Assembly: GCA_001661245.1 (NCBI GenBank)
Contig: KV454014.1
Span: 1,084,892-1,148,891 of the forward strand
DNA length: 64,000 nucleotides
Direction: 5' to 3'
Origin: Pachysolen tannophilus NRRL Y-2460
Taxonomy: Eukaryota
The stretch's first letter is position 1. Every line of letters begins with the position of its first letter. Below the pieces are notes generated by a model that ran no database searches, was not told where the DNA came from, and saw only the letters and a list, made by a program, of their open reading frames with translations. Of this stretch, positions 12,601 to 22,761 are shown piece by piece. Made by a program: the position numbers and the translations under genes.

Positions 12601-12986
12601 TGAGTCTTTTTAAATTTCTTAAATTTTATTCCACTCTCTTGTTGTTGATTTTGCTTTCGTACAATTGGTGCCTCATCTTTTTCATCCTCATCTTCCATCA
12701 AGTCCAACACTATTCTCTTTTTTTTCAAATTTTTATTACTATTACTATTTCCGTTGGCCTTCCTTCTTTCAATTTTGAAAACTTCCTCAGCATTTTTTGT
12801 AAGAAATTCGAAAACCTCATCTAATTCATCATCTCTTTCAAATTTTTTCAATATTTTACAACTCTTAATAAATGAAGATTTATCGCTGTTCTCTTTCAGA
12901 AACAAGTTCAAAACAACTTTAGCAAACTGATGGTTCGAATTCAACAATGACGATATACCATCTAAGAGCTTCTCTTCATTCACCAT
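9645..12986 (-). CDS. PRP16: DEAH-box pre-mRNA splicing helicase Prp16
   Basis: GETGSGKTTQ, TQPRRVAA, DEAHERS, SAT, QRSGRAGR; Prp16-type N-terminal region (PPFLD, NGSLMVRE, AGTMLGNVMG). Confidence 0.92.
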   Translation of the reverse strand: MVNEEKLLDGISSLLNSNHQFAKVVLNLFLKENSDKSSFIKSCKILKKFERDDELDEVFEFLTKNAEEVFKIERRKANGNSNSNKNLKKKRIVLDLMEDEDEKDEAPIVRKQNQQQESGIKFKKFKKTQALKLNGNRSKFEENENSLNIHENIVGTGIKEKEKEKEHKPSLSTIASTNSMSSKIFDLDTNEVTSNTYTENPSDIEEERLWYMQDEIYDRNNLSSFYNDYDDYNYTPKNQFEKRKQHGNTQQNLRNRERNRENDLWIENQLRTSLGGGKLYDPTKDKDLIEEDDSLKFQISVQHLIPPFLDNLNADIVLSRQKDPINVFREPDGELAFAAKNGSLMVRESRQKIEKEKQAKDAANIAGTMLGNVMGIKEEENDEEDEEEIDEENQKPSDDLHDEEINLVRKRLPIYEVKNELMQVINENQIIVIIGETGSGKTTQIPQYLYEAGYANRGKMIGVTQPRRVAAVSLAKRIADERKVKLGEEVGYSIRFENVTSDKTKIKFLSDGTLLRELMMDDNLDKYSAIIIDEAHERSLNTDLLLGLFKTILPRRLDLKLIITSATINADQFSNFFGNAPQYRIPGRTYPVEILHTAYPTKDYVDEAIRQLLKIHINSVNKSGDILIFLTGKEDIDITCENLLQQISELPDVAPLSILPIYSTLPSDLQSKIFKKSKIRKCIVATNIAETSLTVDGVKYVIDSGFSKLNVFNPKLGMDTLQVCPVSVAQANQRSGRAGRTGPGVTFRLYTLTAQNEEMYPQPIPEIQRTNLSRTLLILKDLKINNLLEFPFIDPPPQDLISASLYELWSIGALDNFGNLTSLGSKMAIFPMEPSLSKSLILSSEYGCSEEIITVVSMLSVPQVFIRTKERQKENDLSREKFLVPGSDHLTLLNVYNQFLKNRCSELWCHKNFLHSKSLKRARDIRQQLLVIMRNLKLEIRSCGYNNDTLIMRCICSSFYQHTAKFKKFGEYLNLRNGLTMMLHPTSSLYGLGDLPKYIVYHELLLTSKEYMNCVTAVDPMWLLEFGQVFYKLQNTDTNVTGVVDDGNEELDVFTQKKLEFIKNLERDRVLYEKYEKDEREKKKIRRNNYNNNNNNNNGLVVKTGGFRNKRGF

Positions 12987-13242
12987 TTACGTATAGTATA
13001 GTAAATAATTATACTTCTCTAATATATATAGATATATATATATATATATATTTATATTTTAACTATATTTATTACTATTACTTAAGAGCTAAAAAAAAAA
13101 ATTTGAATAGCAGTGAAAACATCCTACACCATCAAACTACACCCCGCACCACAACGCTCGAGGAGTTCTAAAACCGACGAGAGAATAGGATGAAGAATGA
13201 ATCTCAAGAAGGTGGAATGAGTTGCTTTTTTTCTTTGTTGAG

Positions 13243-15048
13243 TTATCTGAGATGAGCACTGGCGTTTTTGTATAAGCTTTGCCAGATGTATGCTTCGCTC
13301 AATATCATCTCCACGTCCTTCTCTTTCCAAAAATTTGTCTTGTCTTGATTTTGCAAATACATGATTATATCCTGGAATTCCATATCTTTGATCTCTTCGC
13401 TGAACTTCATCAAGAAGGCACAGCATACGTAGACATGGAATTCATTAAAACCGCTTGGATATTCCAGGATGTATGTATCCCACATTCTTATGATTAAATG
13501 TATATTCAGGAATTCTCTCATTAATAGACAGTTCATCCACCTAAATGAAAACTGTATGAATTGAAGTCCTTGTTCTTCTATATGTTTAGTCAATGATTGA
13601 TCTATTCTACTTGTTAAATTTTTTAAATCGCTAACTTGTCTAAGAATTCCTGGTTGTTCATGTATATAATTATCTTGGATTGTATCTAAAATTTTTGTTA
13701 AACACCAAAAAGTATCTGCTTCAATTGCGTTAGTTATATCTTTTGATAAATTTATTGGATCAAAATTTTCAACATTAATTTTTTTATTATTTAAATATAA
13801 TGATAAGAATACTTGATAAATAGGAGTTGATAAATCATTAATTCCCTGAACATATCCAGATGCAGGGTGCCTTATTGCCCAAAGATACAAGACTCTTTCT
13901 AATGATCTTTGTGTTTGTTCAAAACTATATAATTTAATATGAGGATTAGTTCTTGGAATATCAATTTCAATTTGATGCCATATAGTTTGATCTTTTTCAG
14001 TACCACCATTAAATACTTGCAGTACATTATCCACATATTCTTTTCTTTTCCTAATTAATGTTGAACTTCTTCTTGATATATTTGAAGGTAAATATCCTAA
14101 TAATAATTGCCATACTATGGGACGTAATTCATTTGGTATTCCATTCCATGATAATTCTTTTAACAGATTAAGGTCAATACTATCGGCCTTAATTAATTTA
14201 ACAAATTTATTAAATTTTGAATTTGGATCTTTAGCATTTATTGGATCTGGATCTTTTACATAATGTACAATCATAGAAGGATCATTTAAGATATCATCTA
14301 AATTTGGTTTTAAATCATTTTGAGTTTCTTCAAATTCTTCTTCATCAACAATACTTTCAACTTCACTTTCTTCTTCCAAATTTCTATTTATCAATACAGG
14401 TTTATCCAAATCTCCAATATTTGGATATTTTATTTCATCATTATTTTTTTTAGTATTATTTTGATTATCATTATTATGGAAACTTCTTAAAGTTTCATCA
14501 ATATCAATTTTATCATCCCAATCTGCATCATCATCTATACTTGAAAAATCTTTATTTATATTTCTCTTGGATTTAGAACTACCATTAGAAGAATTAATAA
14601 TATTATTATTATTATTACTTATCCTTGGACTTGAACTATTCAAATACCTAAAAGTTGATGAAGTAACAGAACTTGTAGATTTTCTTCCAGGAGAAACATC
14701 AGAATTACGTGGACTATAAACCACATCACTTGATCTTGGTTTCCTATGCAAGCTAAGACTACTCCCATTATTAGTAGTGGTATTACCTATATCGAACAAA
14801 GAATAAGAAGCTCCAATAACTTTATCCGAAGTCTCAAATTGATCTGAAGTTGTCATACTATTATTACCACCACTATTACTTCCAAGATGATGATGATGAT
14901 GATGATGATTATTACTACTATTACCACCATGACTCCCACTATGAGACGAAGAAGTAAGCGACCTCAAAAACGAAGGCATCGATGAAGACAGATATGAACT
15001 GGTGGAATGATTCTCAGAACCAAAAATATACTCAGAAGTTTGTGACAT
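13243..15048 (-). CDS. GYP1: Rab GTPase-activating protein (TBC domain) Gyp1
   Basis: LSWNGIP, QIEIDIPRTNP, HPASGYVQGINDL, FRWMNCLLMRE, C-terminal LSEAYIWQSLY; Ser/Asn/His-rich N-terminus. Confidence 0.93.
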   Translation of the reverse strand: MSQTSEYIFGSENHSTSSYLSSSMPSFLRSLTSSSHSGSHGGNSSNNHHHHHHHLGSNSGGNNSMTTSDQFETSDKVIGASYSLFDIGNTTTNNGSSLSLHRKPRSSDVVYSPRNSDVSPGRKSTSSVTSSTFRYLNSSSPRISNNNNNIINSSNGSSKSKRNINKDFSSIDDDADWDDKIDIDETLRSFHNNDNQNNTKKNNDEIKYPNIGDLDKPVLINRNLEEESEVESIVDEEEFEETQNDLKPNLDDILNDPSMIVHYVKDPDPINAKDPNSKFNKFVKLIKADSIDLNLLKELSWNGIPNELRPIVWQLLLGYLPSNISRRSSTLIRKRKEYVDNVLQVFNGGTEKDQTIWHQIEIDIPRTNPHIKLYSFEQTQRSLERVLYLWAIRHPASGYVQGINDLSTPIYQVFLSLYLNNKKINVENFDPINLSKDITNAIEADTFWCLTKILDTIQDNYIHEQPGILRQVSDLKNLTSRIDQSLTKHIEEQGLQFIQFSFRWMNCLLMREFLNIHLIIRMWDTYILEYPSGFNEFHVYVCCAFLMKFSEEIKDMEFQDIIMYLQNQDKTNFWKEKDVEMILSEAYIWQSLYKNASAHLR

Positions 15049-15802
15049 TTCCTAAATATAAACCATTTCAATTTTATAATAATTATAAATAAAAAAAACT
15101 TCGTTAGTATCTACCTCTTTAATATCTAATTTAATAGACAAAAAAAAAATCACATACAGTAATTGGCTGTTGATAACCTTTCTTCTTCCCCATCTTGATT
15201 AAAATATTCAATCTATCACACAAAATTATCTATCTATCAATCAATCTATTATATTAATCTTGTTTTAAATATTTAATTCTCTTTAGCCAACTTGTTTTTT
15301 TGCCTTTTTTAACTAATTTTTTTTTTCACACAGTCTTTTGAACAACAAAACAACAAAACGACGAGATAATAAGATATACAAAAGAGAAGAAGAGTATTAG
15401 TTGTTAGATGTTGGTAATTTGAATTAAAAGAATAATTGACCTTTATATATATATATATATAGATATAGATATATAGTTGACCACTGTAGAAATAAAGAAG
15501 AAGTTGTAGGTTTTCTGCTTCGTGTTATCAACATCTTGTACAAGAGTTCAATTAGAATTATAAAGATGGATGTAATACTATTGTTTTTTACATAGGCAAC
15601 CTTACCTACCTAGACTGATAATTAGAATAAACGTAGTTAGAAAGAGAGTTCATGATATTGAATATCTGACTATTGGTATTGACTTCCCGTTGTACTCAAT
15701 CGATTAATTGAGTTTAATTTGTGAATTATTGCAGAAAATGAAATTTTTCACCAATTTTTCATTTTGACTCTGGTAAATGGTTAAAATTGTTATCTCATCT
15801 CA

Positions 15803-15834
<32 letters not shown>

Positions 15835-15926
15835 TATTAATATTATTAATATTTTAGCTATTGCTCTTTGATTGGGAACAGTTTGTGTGTGTTTGATTTT
15901 GATTTTGATATTTGTTTAAAAAAAAA

Positions 15927-16880
15927 ATGTCTAGTCCTGCTGGTAAGACTATATTAGCTTCTAAGATAGCTAAACAATATACCGATGAGTTAATTTCTAT
16001 TACTTCGAAATTATCGAAAAAGCCAAGATTGGTTGGTTTTTTAGCTAATCAAGATCCTTCAGCTAAGATGTATGCTGAATGGACTGGGAAAACTTCTAGG
16101 TCATTAGGATTTGAATATGAACTTGTTGAAGTTGAAAAGGAAAATTTAGAAGAAGAAATTTATAAGGCAAATGCTAATGATGATATTAATGGTATTATTG
16201 TTTATTTCCCAGTTTATAATAATAGACAAGATCAATATTTACAACAATGTGTTTCTATTGAAAAAGATGTTGAAGGTTTAAATTTCACCTATATTTCAAA
16301 TATGTATCATAATATTAGATTTTTAGATGATGATTTAAAACAGAAAAAATCTATTTTACCATGTACTCCATTAGCAATTGTTAAAATTTTAGAATATTTA
16401 GGGGTCTATAATAATTTATTAAGTTATGGTAATAAATTATATGGGAAGACAGTAACTATTGTTAATAGATCTGAAATTGTTGGAAGACCATTGGCTGCTT
16501 TATTAGCTAATGATGGTGCAACTGTTTATTCCGTAGATATTAATGATATTCAAAAATTTGAAAGAGGTGATGGGCTTCATTTAAAACATCATAGAGTCAT
16601 TGATAATATAAAAGAATCTTTACAAGATGTGGCACTGAAATCAGATGTTATAATAACAGGTGTTCCATCTCCACTTTATAAATTTCCAACAGAATTTATA
16701 AAAGATGGTGCTATTTGTATAAATTTTGCAAGTGAAAAAAATTTTAATGAAGATGATGTAAAACAAAGAGCAAGTTTATACGTTCCAATGATTGGTAAAG
16801 TAACCATTGCAATGTTACTTAGAAACTTATTAAGGCTAATGGCAAATAACAATAAATTAGAAGAAAATATAATTATATAA
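15927..16880 (+). CDS. MTD1: NAD-dependent methylenetetrahydrofolate dehydrogenase
   Basis: KDVEGL, KSILPCTPLAIVKILE, NRSEIVGRPLAALLANDGA, GKVTIAMLLRN. First ATG is at 15927. Confidence 0.95.
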   Translation: MSSPAGKTILASKIAKQYTDELISITSKLSKKPRLVGFLANQDPSAKMYAEWTGKTSRSLGFEYELVEVEKENLEEEIYKANANDDINGIIVYFPVYNNRQDQYLQQCVSIEKDVEGLNFTYISNMYHNIRFLDDDLKQKKSILPCTPLAIVKILEYLGVYNNLLSYGNKLYGKTVTIVNRSEIVGRPLAALLANDGATVYSVDINDIQKFERGDGLHLKHHRVIDNIKESLQDVALKSDVIITGVPSPLYKFPTEFIKDGAICINFASEKNFNEDDVKQRASLYVPMIGKVTIAMLLRNLLRLMANNNKLEENIII

Positions 16881-17179
16881 TTATTTAAATAAAATATTTA
16901 AAAAGTAATTTTGGAAAAATTTTTCACTTTGTAATAATAATATATTTAAAAATACTACTACAAATAATACTAATATTAATAATACTAATATTATTTTTGC
17001 TTAATATTATATATTTATGTCCATACTTTGATAGGGTTCTATTTGCTTCGAAAATATCATCAACTATAATCCGTAATATTGATATTATCCCTAGGGTAAT
17101 CATCAATGCCAATATTGTGCGATCATATAGTGTATTACTGAATAACATCAATATTAAAAATACTGAAGTTACTAATAGT

Positions 17180-19960
17180 ATGTACGTTATTCAACCTTTA
17201 GCACATCCTACTTATGATACAAAGAAACCAGTGTTGGTGTTGACTTCTGTTAGGGATGGTAAGAAGTTTTTGATTGGTTCAGTTTCTGAAGGAACTCAAA
17301 GATTGTTTAATGAAGCAAAGATTAAAGCTGGGAAAGTTGAAAATATTTTCTTGACAGGAAATTTAAATTGGGATTCAATTAGTGGATTGCCTGGTTTGAT
17401 CTTGACTATATCTGATCAAGGTAAAAAAAATTTGAATATAGTTAGTGGGTTAAGAGATGGTGTGATACATTATGTTATGGCAACGTGGAGATATTTTATT
17501 TTCAGATTTGGTATTGATATTTGTACAAAAAGTTTAAAAGATGGTGAGATTTATAAAGAAAAAGATTTCATTATCAAGGCATTAAATGTCGGAGTTGAAG
17601 AAAATTCACAACAAGTTGAAGTTGATGATGCAATTTCTGGAGATTTTATGAATAATTTGAAAAAAATAGTTGATAAAATTTTCCCCTTGGATATAAATTT
17701 AAATGATTATTTCATTTCTAAAAAACATTATGATAAATTATTACATTTAAAATTACCATATTTCAGTAAGAAAAAAAATCAACAAGTACATTCAACTTCA
17801 ACGAATTATTTGATAAAATTTAATCAATGTAGAGGAAAGTTTTTACCAAAAAAAGCAATTGAATTGGGAGTTCCTACTGGAAGATTATTTGCTCAATTAA
17901 CTAGTGGTATCCCTGTAGAATTACCTAGCGGTATTGTGGTTAAACCAGAACAAGTCATGGAACCACCAAGAAATTTCCCAAAGGTCTTAATATTGGATAT
18001 CCCAAACTTGGATATTTTAAATCAAACTATAAATTGTGATAAATTGTTTCGCCCCGTTGACGAAAATGATGAAGATAAAATTGGTATAGTTTATCATTTC
18101 ATTGGTGATTCAGTACCTGACAATTTCTTAGATTTGCATGGATATTTGAAATTTATTACAGAGAAATTTGATCAAGATTGCAAGCACTATATATCACATA
18201 AATCTTGTTCACCAAATTCATTAAGCTTTGAAAAATCTGCATTAGTAACTTTAAAATTGAAAAGCATTAATAATGAAATGTTTAGGCTACCTACTGGATC
18301 TTTACGAGCTCTGGAATTTAGCCAGGATAATTTAGCACCATTAATAGCTAATCAGAAGGTATCAATTAAGTCAGACGGTATTTTCAATCCAGATGAATTG
18401 AAAAACTCAAAAAGGACAATTCAAGATTACTGGGAAGAATTATTTGAGTCAAAAATTAAACCTTTAGAGTTGAATATATATTCAAAGAAAGAGATTTTAA
18501 ATACCAAAATTGAAAATGATAAGAATCTTCAAGAATCTTTGGAAGTTTCCACTGCTACTGATTTAAGAGAAGAGGTTGAAATTATTACTTTAGGTACTGG
18601 TAGTGCTATCCCATCAAAGTATAGAAACGTAGTATCTACCATCGTTAGAGTACCCTATATTGACGATAAAACAGGAAAAATCCAATTTAATTCTGTGGTT
18701 TTAGATGCAGGTGAAAATACTATTGGATCTATAAAGAGAATATATGGTAGTCAATTACCTATTTTTTTCAAAGAGTTGAAATTAATTTATTTATCTCATT
18801 TACATGCTGATCATCATCTTGGAATAATATCATTAATTCAAGAATTCAATAAATTCCAAGAAAAAAATAATAATAAAGAAAATTACATCTATATAATATG
18901 TCCATGGCAGTATGATTTATTTTTGAAAGAGTGGGATAGAATTGATGATTTAGAAAATCTAAAATATTGTAAATATATAAGTTGTGAAGATTTCTTGGTT
19001 CCTAATTTCAATGATGAAAGGAGGAAACCTTTAAAGCAAAATCTGACATTAGATTTTGAAGAAGAAGATACAGTGGAATATGAACCTTCATATGAAGGAG
19101 ACTATAAAGCTGAGGACGAACTTATGCTTGAATTATACCGAGATTTGAAAATTCGTAAAATCGAAACTTGCAGAGCAATACATTGTGATTGGGCATATTC
19201 TGTATCTTTGATTTTTGAAATTGATAATGATAAATTGCCTAATAATAATGATAATTTTATTACAAATTTCAAAATATCTTATTCAGGAGATACTAGGCCT
19301 AATATTTCATTTGCTAAGAAGACTGGATATGGAAGTGATTTATTAATCCATGAAGCCACGTTAGATGATCAATTAATTGACGATGCAATTTCAAAGTGTC
19401 ATTCTACTATATCAGAAGCTATTTTTGTCGGTAGATTAATGGATTGTAAAAAGACAATATTAACTCATTTTAGTCAACGTTATCCTAAACTTCCAGACTT
19501 AAATTATGTTAACTCTATTGAAAATTTTGAAAAATTGAACAAACACATGATAGAGATCAACAAAGATAAAATTAAAAAGAAATTTAATATTTTCGAAAAA
19601 TTGAACAATGTTTCTTTTGATGGTGACGGGCTGCAAGCCCAAAACTTATTATATGCGTTTGATAATATGATTATTAAATATAATAGTATCCATAAGCAAA
19701 TGGAAAATTTTAGCAAAGTGGGAAATGAAAAATTATATAAAATCTTTGGAGATGAAGCTGTTGAAGAAGAACAAGAAGATGCAGAAGCAAAGGATGAGAA
19801 TAATATCAATGGCACCGGGAAAAATGATACCAATAGTAACAAAAGGAAAAACAATACTAAATCTGATCAAAAGAACAAGATTGAAGCTGGAAGAAATGTT
19901 TCAGAACTGTTGTTTCAAAATGTAAATAATAATATTAAGCAAAGAAAGATTCTGGACTGA
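17180..19960 (+). CDS. TRZ1: tRNase Z, long form (tRNA 3' processing)
   Basis: EGTQR, LGTGSAIPSKYRNV, HLHADHHLG metal motif, YSGDTRP, HEAT, THFSQRY. First in-frame ATG is at 17180; the frame stays open further upstream (see findings). Confidence 0.95.
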   Translation: MYVIQPLAHPTYDTKKPVLVLTSVRDGKKFLIGSVSEGTQRLFNEAKIKAGKVENIFLTGNLNWDSISGLPGLILTISDQGKKNLNIVSGLRDGVIHYVMATWRYFIFRFGIDICTKSLKDGEIYKEKDFIIKALNVGVEENSQQVEVDDAISGDFMNNLKKIVDKIFPLDINLNDYFISKKHYDKLLHLKLPYFSKKKNQQVHSTSTNYLIKFNQCRGKFLPKKAIELGVPTGRLFAQLTSGIPVELPSGIVVKPEQVMEPPRNFPKVLILDIPNLDILNQTINCDKLFRPVDENDEDKIGIVYHFIGDSVPDNFLDLHGYLKFITEKFDQDCKHYISHKSCSPNSLSFEKSALVTLKLKSINNEMFRLPTGSLRALEFSQDNLAPLIANQKVSIKSDGIFNPDELKNSKRTIQDYWEELFESKIKPLELNIYSKKEILNTKIENDKNLQESLEVSTATDLREEVEIITLGTGSAIPSKYRNVVSTIVRVPYIDDKTGKIQFNSVVLDAGENTIGSIKRIYGSQLPIFFKELKLIYLSHLHADHHLGIISLIQEFNKFQEKNNNKENYIYIICPWQYDLFLKEWDRIDDLENLKYCKYISCEDFLVPNFNDERRKPLKQNLTLDFEEEDTVEYEPSYEGDYKAEDELMLELYRDLKIRKIETCRAIHCDWAYSVSLIFEIDNDKLPNNNDNFITNFKISYSGDTRPNISFAKKTGYGSDLLIHEATLDDQLIDDAISKCHSTISEAIFVGRLMDCKKTILTHFSQRYPKLPDLNYVNSIENFEKLNKHMIEINKDKIKKKFNIFEKLNNVSFDGDGLQAQNLLYAFDNMIIKYNSIHKQMENFSKVGNEKLYKIFGDEAVEEEQEDAEAKDENNINGTGKNDTNSNKRKNNTKSDQKNKIEAGRNVSELLFQNVNNNIKQRKILD

Positions 19961-20266
19961 ATAATATAAAAAATGCATACATATATATATATATATATAT
20001 ATATACAAATACCTGTGTTTATAATGTACATATAAAAAGAGAAAATTCAAATTCATAGCTTAAAAGTATCTTTATGATTATATCGTATATAGATGGTTAT
20101 CATGCCATCTTTTCCCCCCAGACTCACCACATATATATATGAACCAGTAATCTCCCAATAAAAAAAAAAATAAATAAAAAAAATAAAAACTCCTAATAAA
20201 TACTGTATTTTGTTTCCATTATATATAATTTTTTGTACCCCTTTTTCCAACCATATAAGAATTAAA

Positions 20267-21328
20267 TTATGACCAGTTGTTTGTTATATCAGCAACAACT
20301 TCATTTATGAAGAATTTGAAATGGCTCAACCTAGCCTTTGTGCAATAAGGACACATTACATGCTGACACCTTGAACAATCTGATCTCAAATAGGCATTAT
20401 TAAATTTTTTCAATTTTTGATTTATCATCTCGTTATCGCTACTATTGAGATTATAATCTTCGCAACATCCAATCCGATTTTCATTCTCGTTGACAACAAC
20501 GTCGACATCATTTTGGCGCAAAGAGTATGCGGAATAGTTGGAATTGGAATCGTAGGAGTCATTTCTACTACTCCCGCTTCCACTCCTGCTTCTACTTCTG
20601 CTTCTAGAACTACTACTATTTCCGTTTCTAGGCATTTGATGATCATTGTCTATTCTAAATAACTGATCAATGTACTCATTGCCATGTGCTTGCCCACACT
20701 GACAGCAATACCATTGTACTATTTTGTTCCAATCTACGTTTTGAATCCTTCCAGCCCTGGAATGAGGAAGCGGTGAATGCGTATGTGTATGTGTATGCGT
20801 ATGATTGATATTTGTGGTATAATGACTATTCGAGTTGTTGTTAGCAATGGAAGTGGATGATGTTGCTGAGCAAGGGCTTCTGCCGCGATTAAGTATAAAA
20901 GTGCCACCGGGGCCACCGTCACTACTACCGCCAATGTGACCGCTGGGGCAGCTTGGGCCGCTAGGGCCACTTGAGCCACTGGAGCCATTGGAGCCATTAG
21001 AGCCGTTGCCGCCAACCATGCAACTACTACCACCAATACTACCAATACTACCGCCACTGATGCCGCCAATTCCTCTGCTATTACTACCGCTTCTACTGCC
21101 ACCTCTTACACTTCTCACACCTCTGCCACCTCTGCCACCGCCCGTATGATTCTTGGGTACGCTACCACCAATGCTACTACTACTACCATGTTTATCGTAA
21201 TCATCCATTGATCGAGGCGAAATTATACTACAACTCGACGATATGGCACTGCCATCGGTACGTTCATGAGACATTTTGCTCCTTTTGCGCAGCTGCTGTT
21301 TTTCCTCGAATAAAGCTATACTATCCAT
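20267..21328 (-). CDS. Hypothetical Gly/Ser-rich protein with a split Cys/His cluster (putative zinc-binding)
   Basis: 353-codon ATG ORF; WYCCQCG and CSRCQHVMCPYC separated by low-complexity sequence. Confidence 0.7.
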   Translation of the reverse strand: MDSIALFEEKQQLRKRSKMSHERTDGSAISSSCSIISPRSMDDYDKHGSSSSIGGSVPKNHTGGGRGGRGVRSVRGGSRSGSNSRGIGGISGGSIGSIGGSSCMVGGNGSNGSNGSSGSSGPSGPSCPSGHIGGSSDGGPGGTFILNRGRSPCSATSSTSIANNNSNSHYTTNINHTHTHTHTHSPLPHSRAGRIQNVDWNKIVQWYCCQCGQAHGNEYIDQLFRIDNDHQMPRNGNSSSSRSRSRSRSGSGSSRNDSYDSNSNYSAYSLRQNDVDVVVNENENRIGCCEDYNLNSSDNEMINQKLKKFNNAYLRSDCSRCQHVMCPYCTKARLSHFKFFINEVVADITNNWS

Positions 21329-22761
21329 TCTAATTTGCCAAACAAACAGAAAAAAAAAAAAAAGAAGCGCTCTTAATGGGATAACATATAGGAATAAAAA
21401 AGTTACAAATTACAAATTAAAAAAAAATAGTTGATAGATAGAATATCAGAAGTATATATGTAACCAACAGCAATATAAGAAAGAATCCGAATACAAAGTT
21501 CTTTTCCTGCTGTCTTAAAGGTACCAAAGGTATTGCGGAAGCTAAAAAAGAAAAAAAAAAATAATACATGTATGTTATGTATGTATGCAATGTATGTAGT
21601 CTGGATTAAGTCCTAAAAAAAGAACCTTTTCGTTCCCTTTTTAACTGACAATACCTCAAAGAACAGCTAGTAATAGATCAACCGCCCGTTGAGAAGAATC
21701 GATTAACTTTAAAGATACTTTATGTTTGATTTCCAATAGTATACCTTAAGAAAAAGACTCAAATATTAAGATATTAATTTCACGGAAATTACAAACTAGA
21801 AATTGAAATGAATTATGTCAAGTTTGATCAGTCAATGCTTATCGCAAAGCTCAAGTAAAATAAAATAAAATAAAAAATAAAAAAGGGGTTCTGGATTCTG
21901 GATTTTGTATTCTCAGTTTTCTGCGCTGAAAATAATTAATTATTTTAAATGAAAGCATTCTTTGGGAGAAAAGGGCTAGAATCAAATTATCTCGATTTAG
22001 AAGTTCAATTCAAATACGTTAAATGTTTCCAAATTTTTGAAAAAAATTAGCAAAAAAAATGTTAAAGCTATGTACATTACAACACGTAATTAGGACAAAG
22101 AAGACCTCGAACATAAAGCATATAGCACAGTGCTAAGTAAATTTTAAGAAAGAATAGGAAATTTTAATCACATTTACGTCTTCTTTTCGGTATTGGTACT
22201 ATATAGCCCGCAAGCTGAGAGTTAGAAGATGATCTGGCCAGGCTAGGTGAAAGGAAAGCCCAGCCGAAAGCCCAAAGCCGAAAGCCCAAATCCCAAAGCC
22301 AAGAAGCCAAAAAAGCCCAGGCCCTGGCCCAGCACGTGATATTTCTTCTTTTGGGACAAGTCTCGGCGGTTCCAGCCAAAAAGAGAAAAAGAAAAAAAGC
22401 CCCCGCGCCGCCTTTCCCCAAAGGAGCAAGAGGGCCAGAGGACCAGAGGACCAGGAAACTGGGCGGGCATGAAAAGAGAAAAGAGAAAAGAGAAAAGAGC
22501 GGCAACAGAAGCAGTTAGTGGGAAGCTAAGCTCAAAAGACCAGGAAGATATAGATATACATGTATACTACAAGATAAGTATTGATACTTATAAAACATTA
22601 AAACTAATAAACTCTAAATGCTATTAAAAAAAACCCCAAGCAAAGCTAAAAAATAAAAAAAAATTAAATTAAATTAAAATAAAATGCATACCCCCCACCC
22701 CTCGGAACATATATATATATATATATGTAACGAAGTTAATCAAATCTCTCTTTTAGAGATT

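Noticed and set aside
10426..12824. Antisense ORFs inside PRP16 (likewise inside ERB1, GUT1, SulP, IVY1 and others)
   Set aside because: Shadow frames of real genes caused by codon bias and repeats.
22164..22518. Overlapping 60-113 aa ORFs in the GC-rich island
   Set aside because: Stop-poor because of local GC content and repeats; no coding signature.
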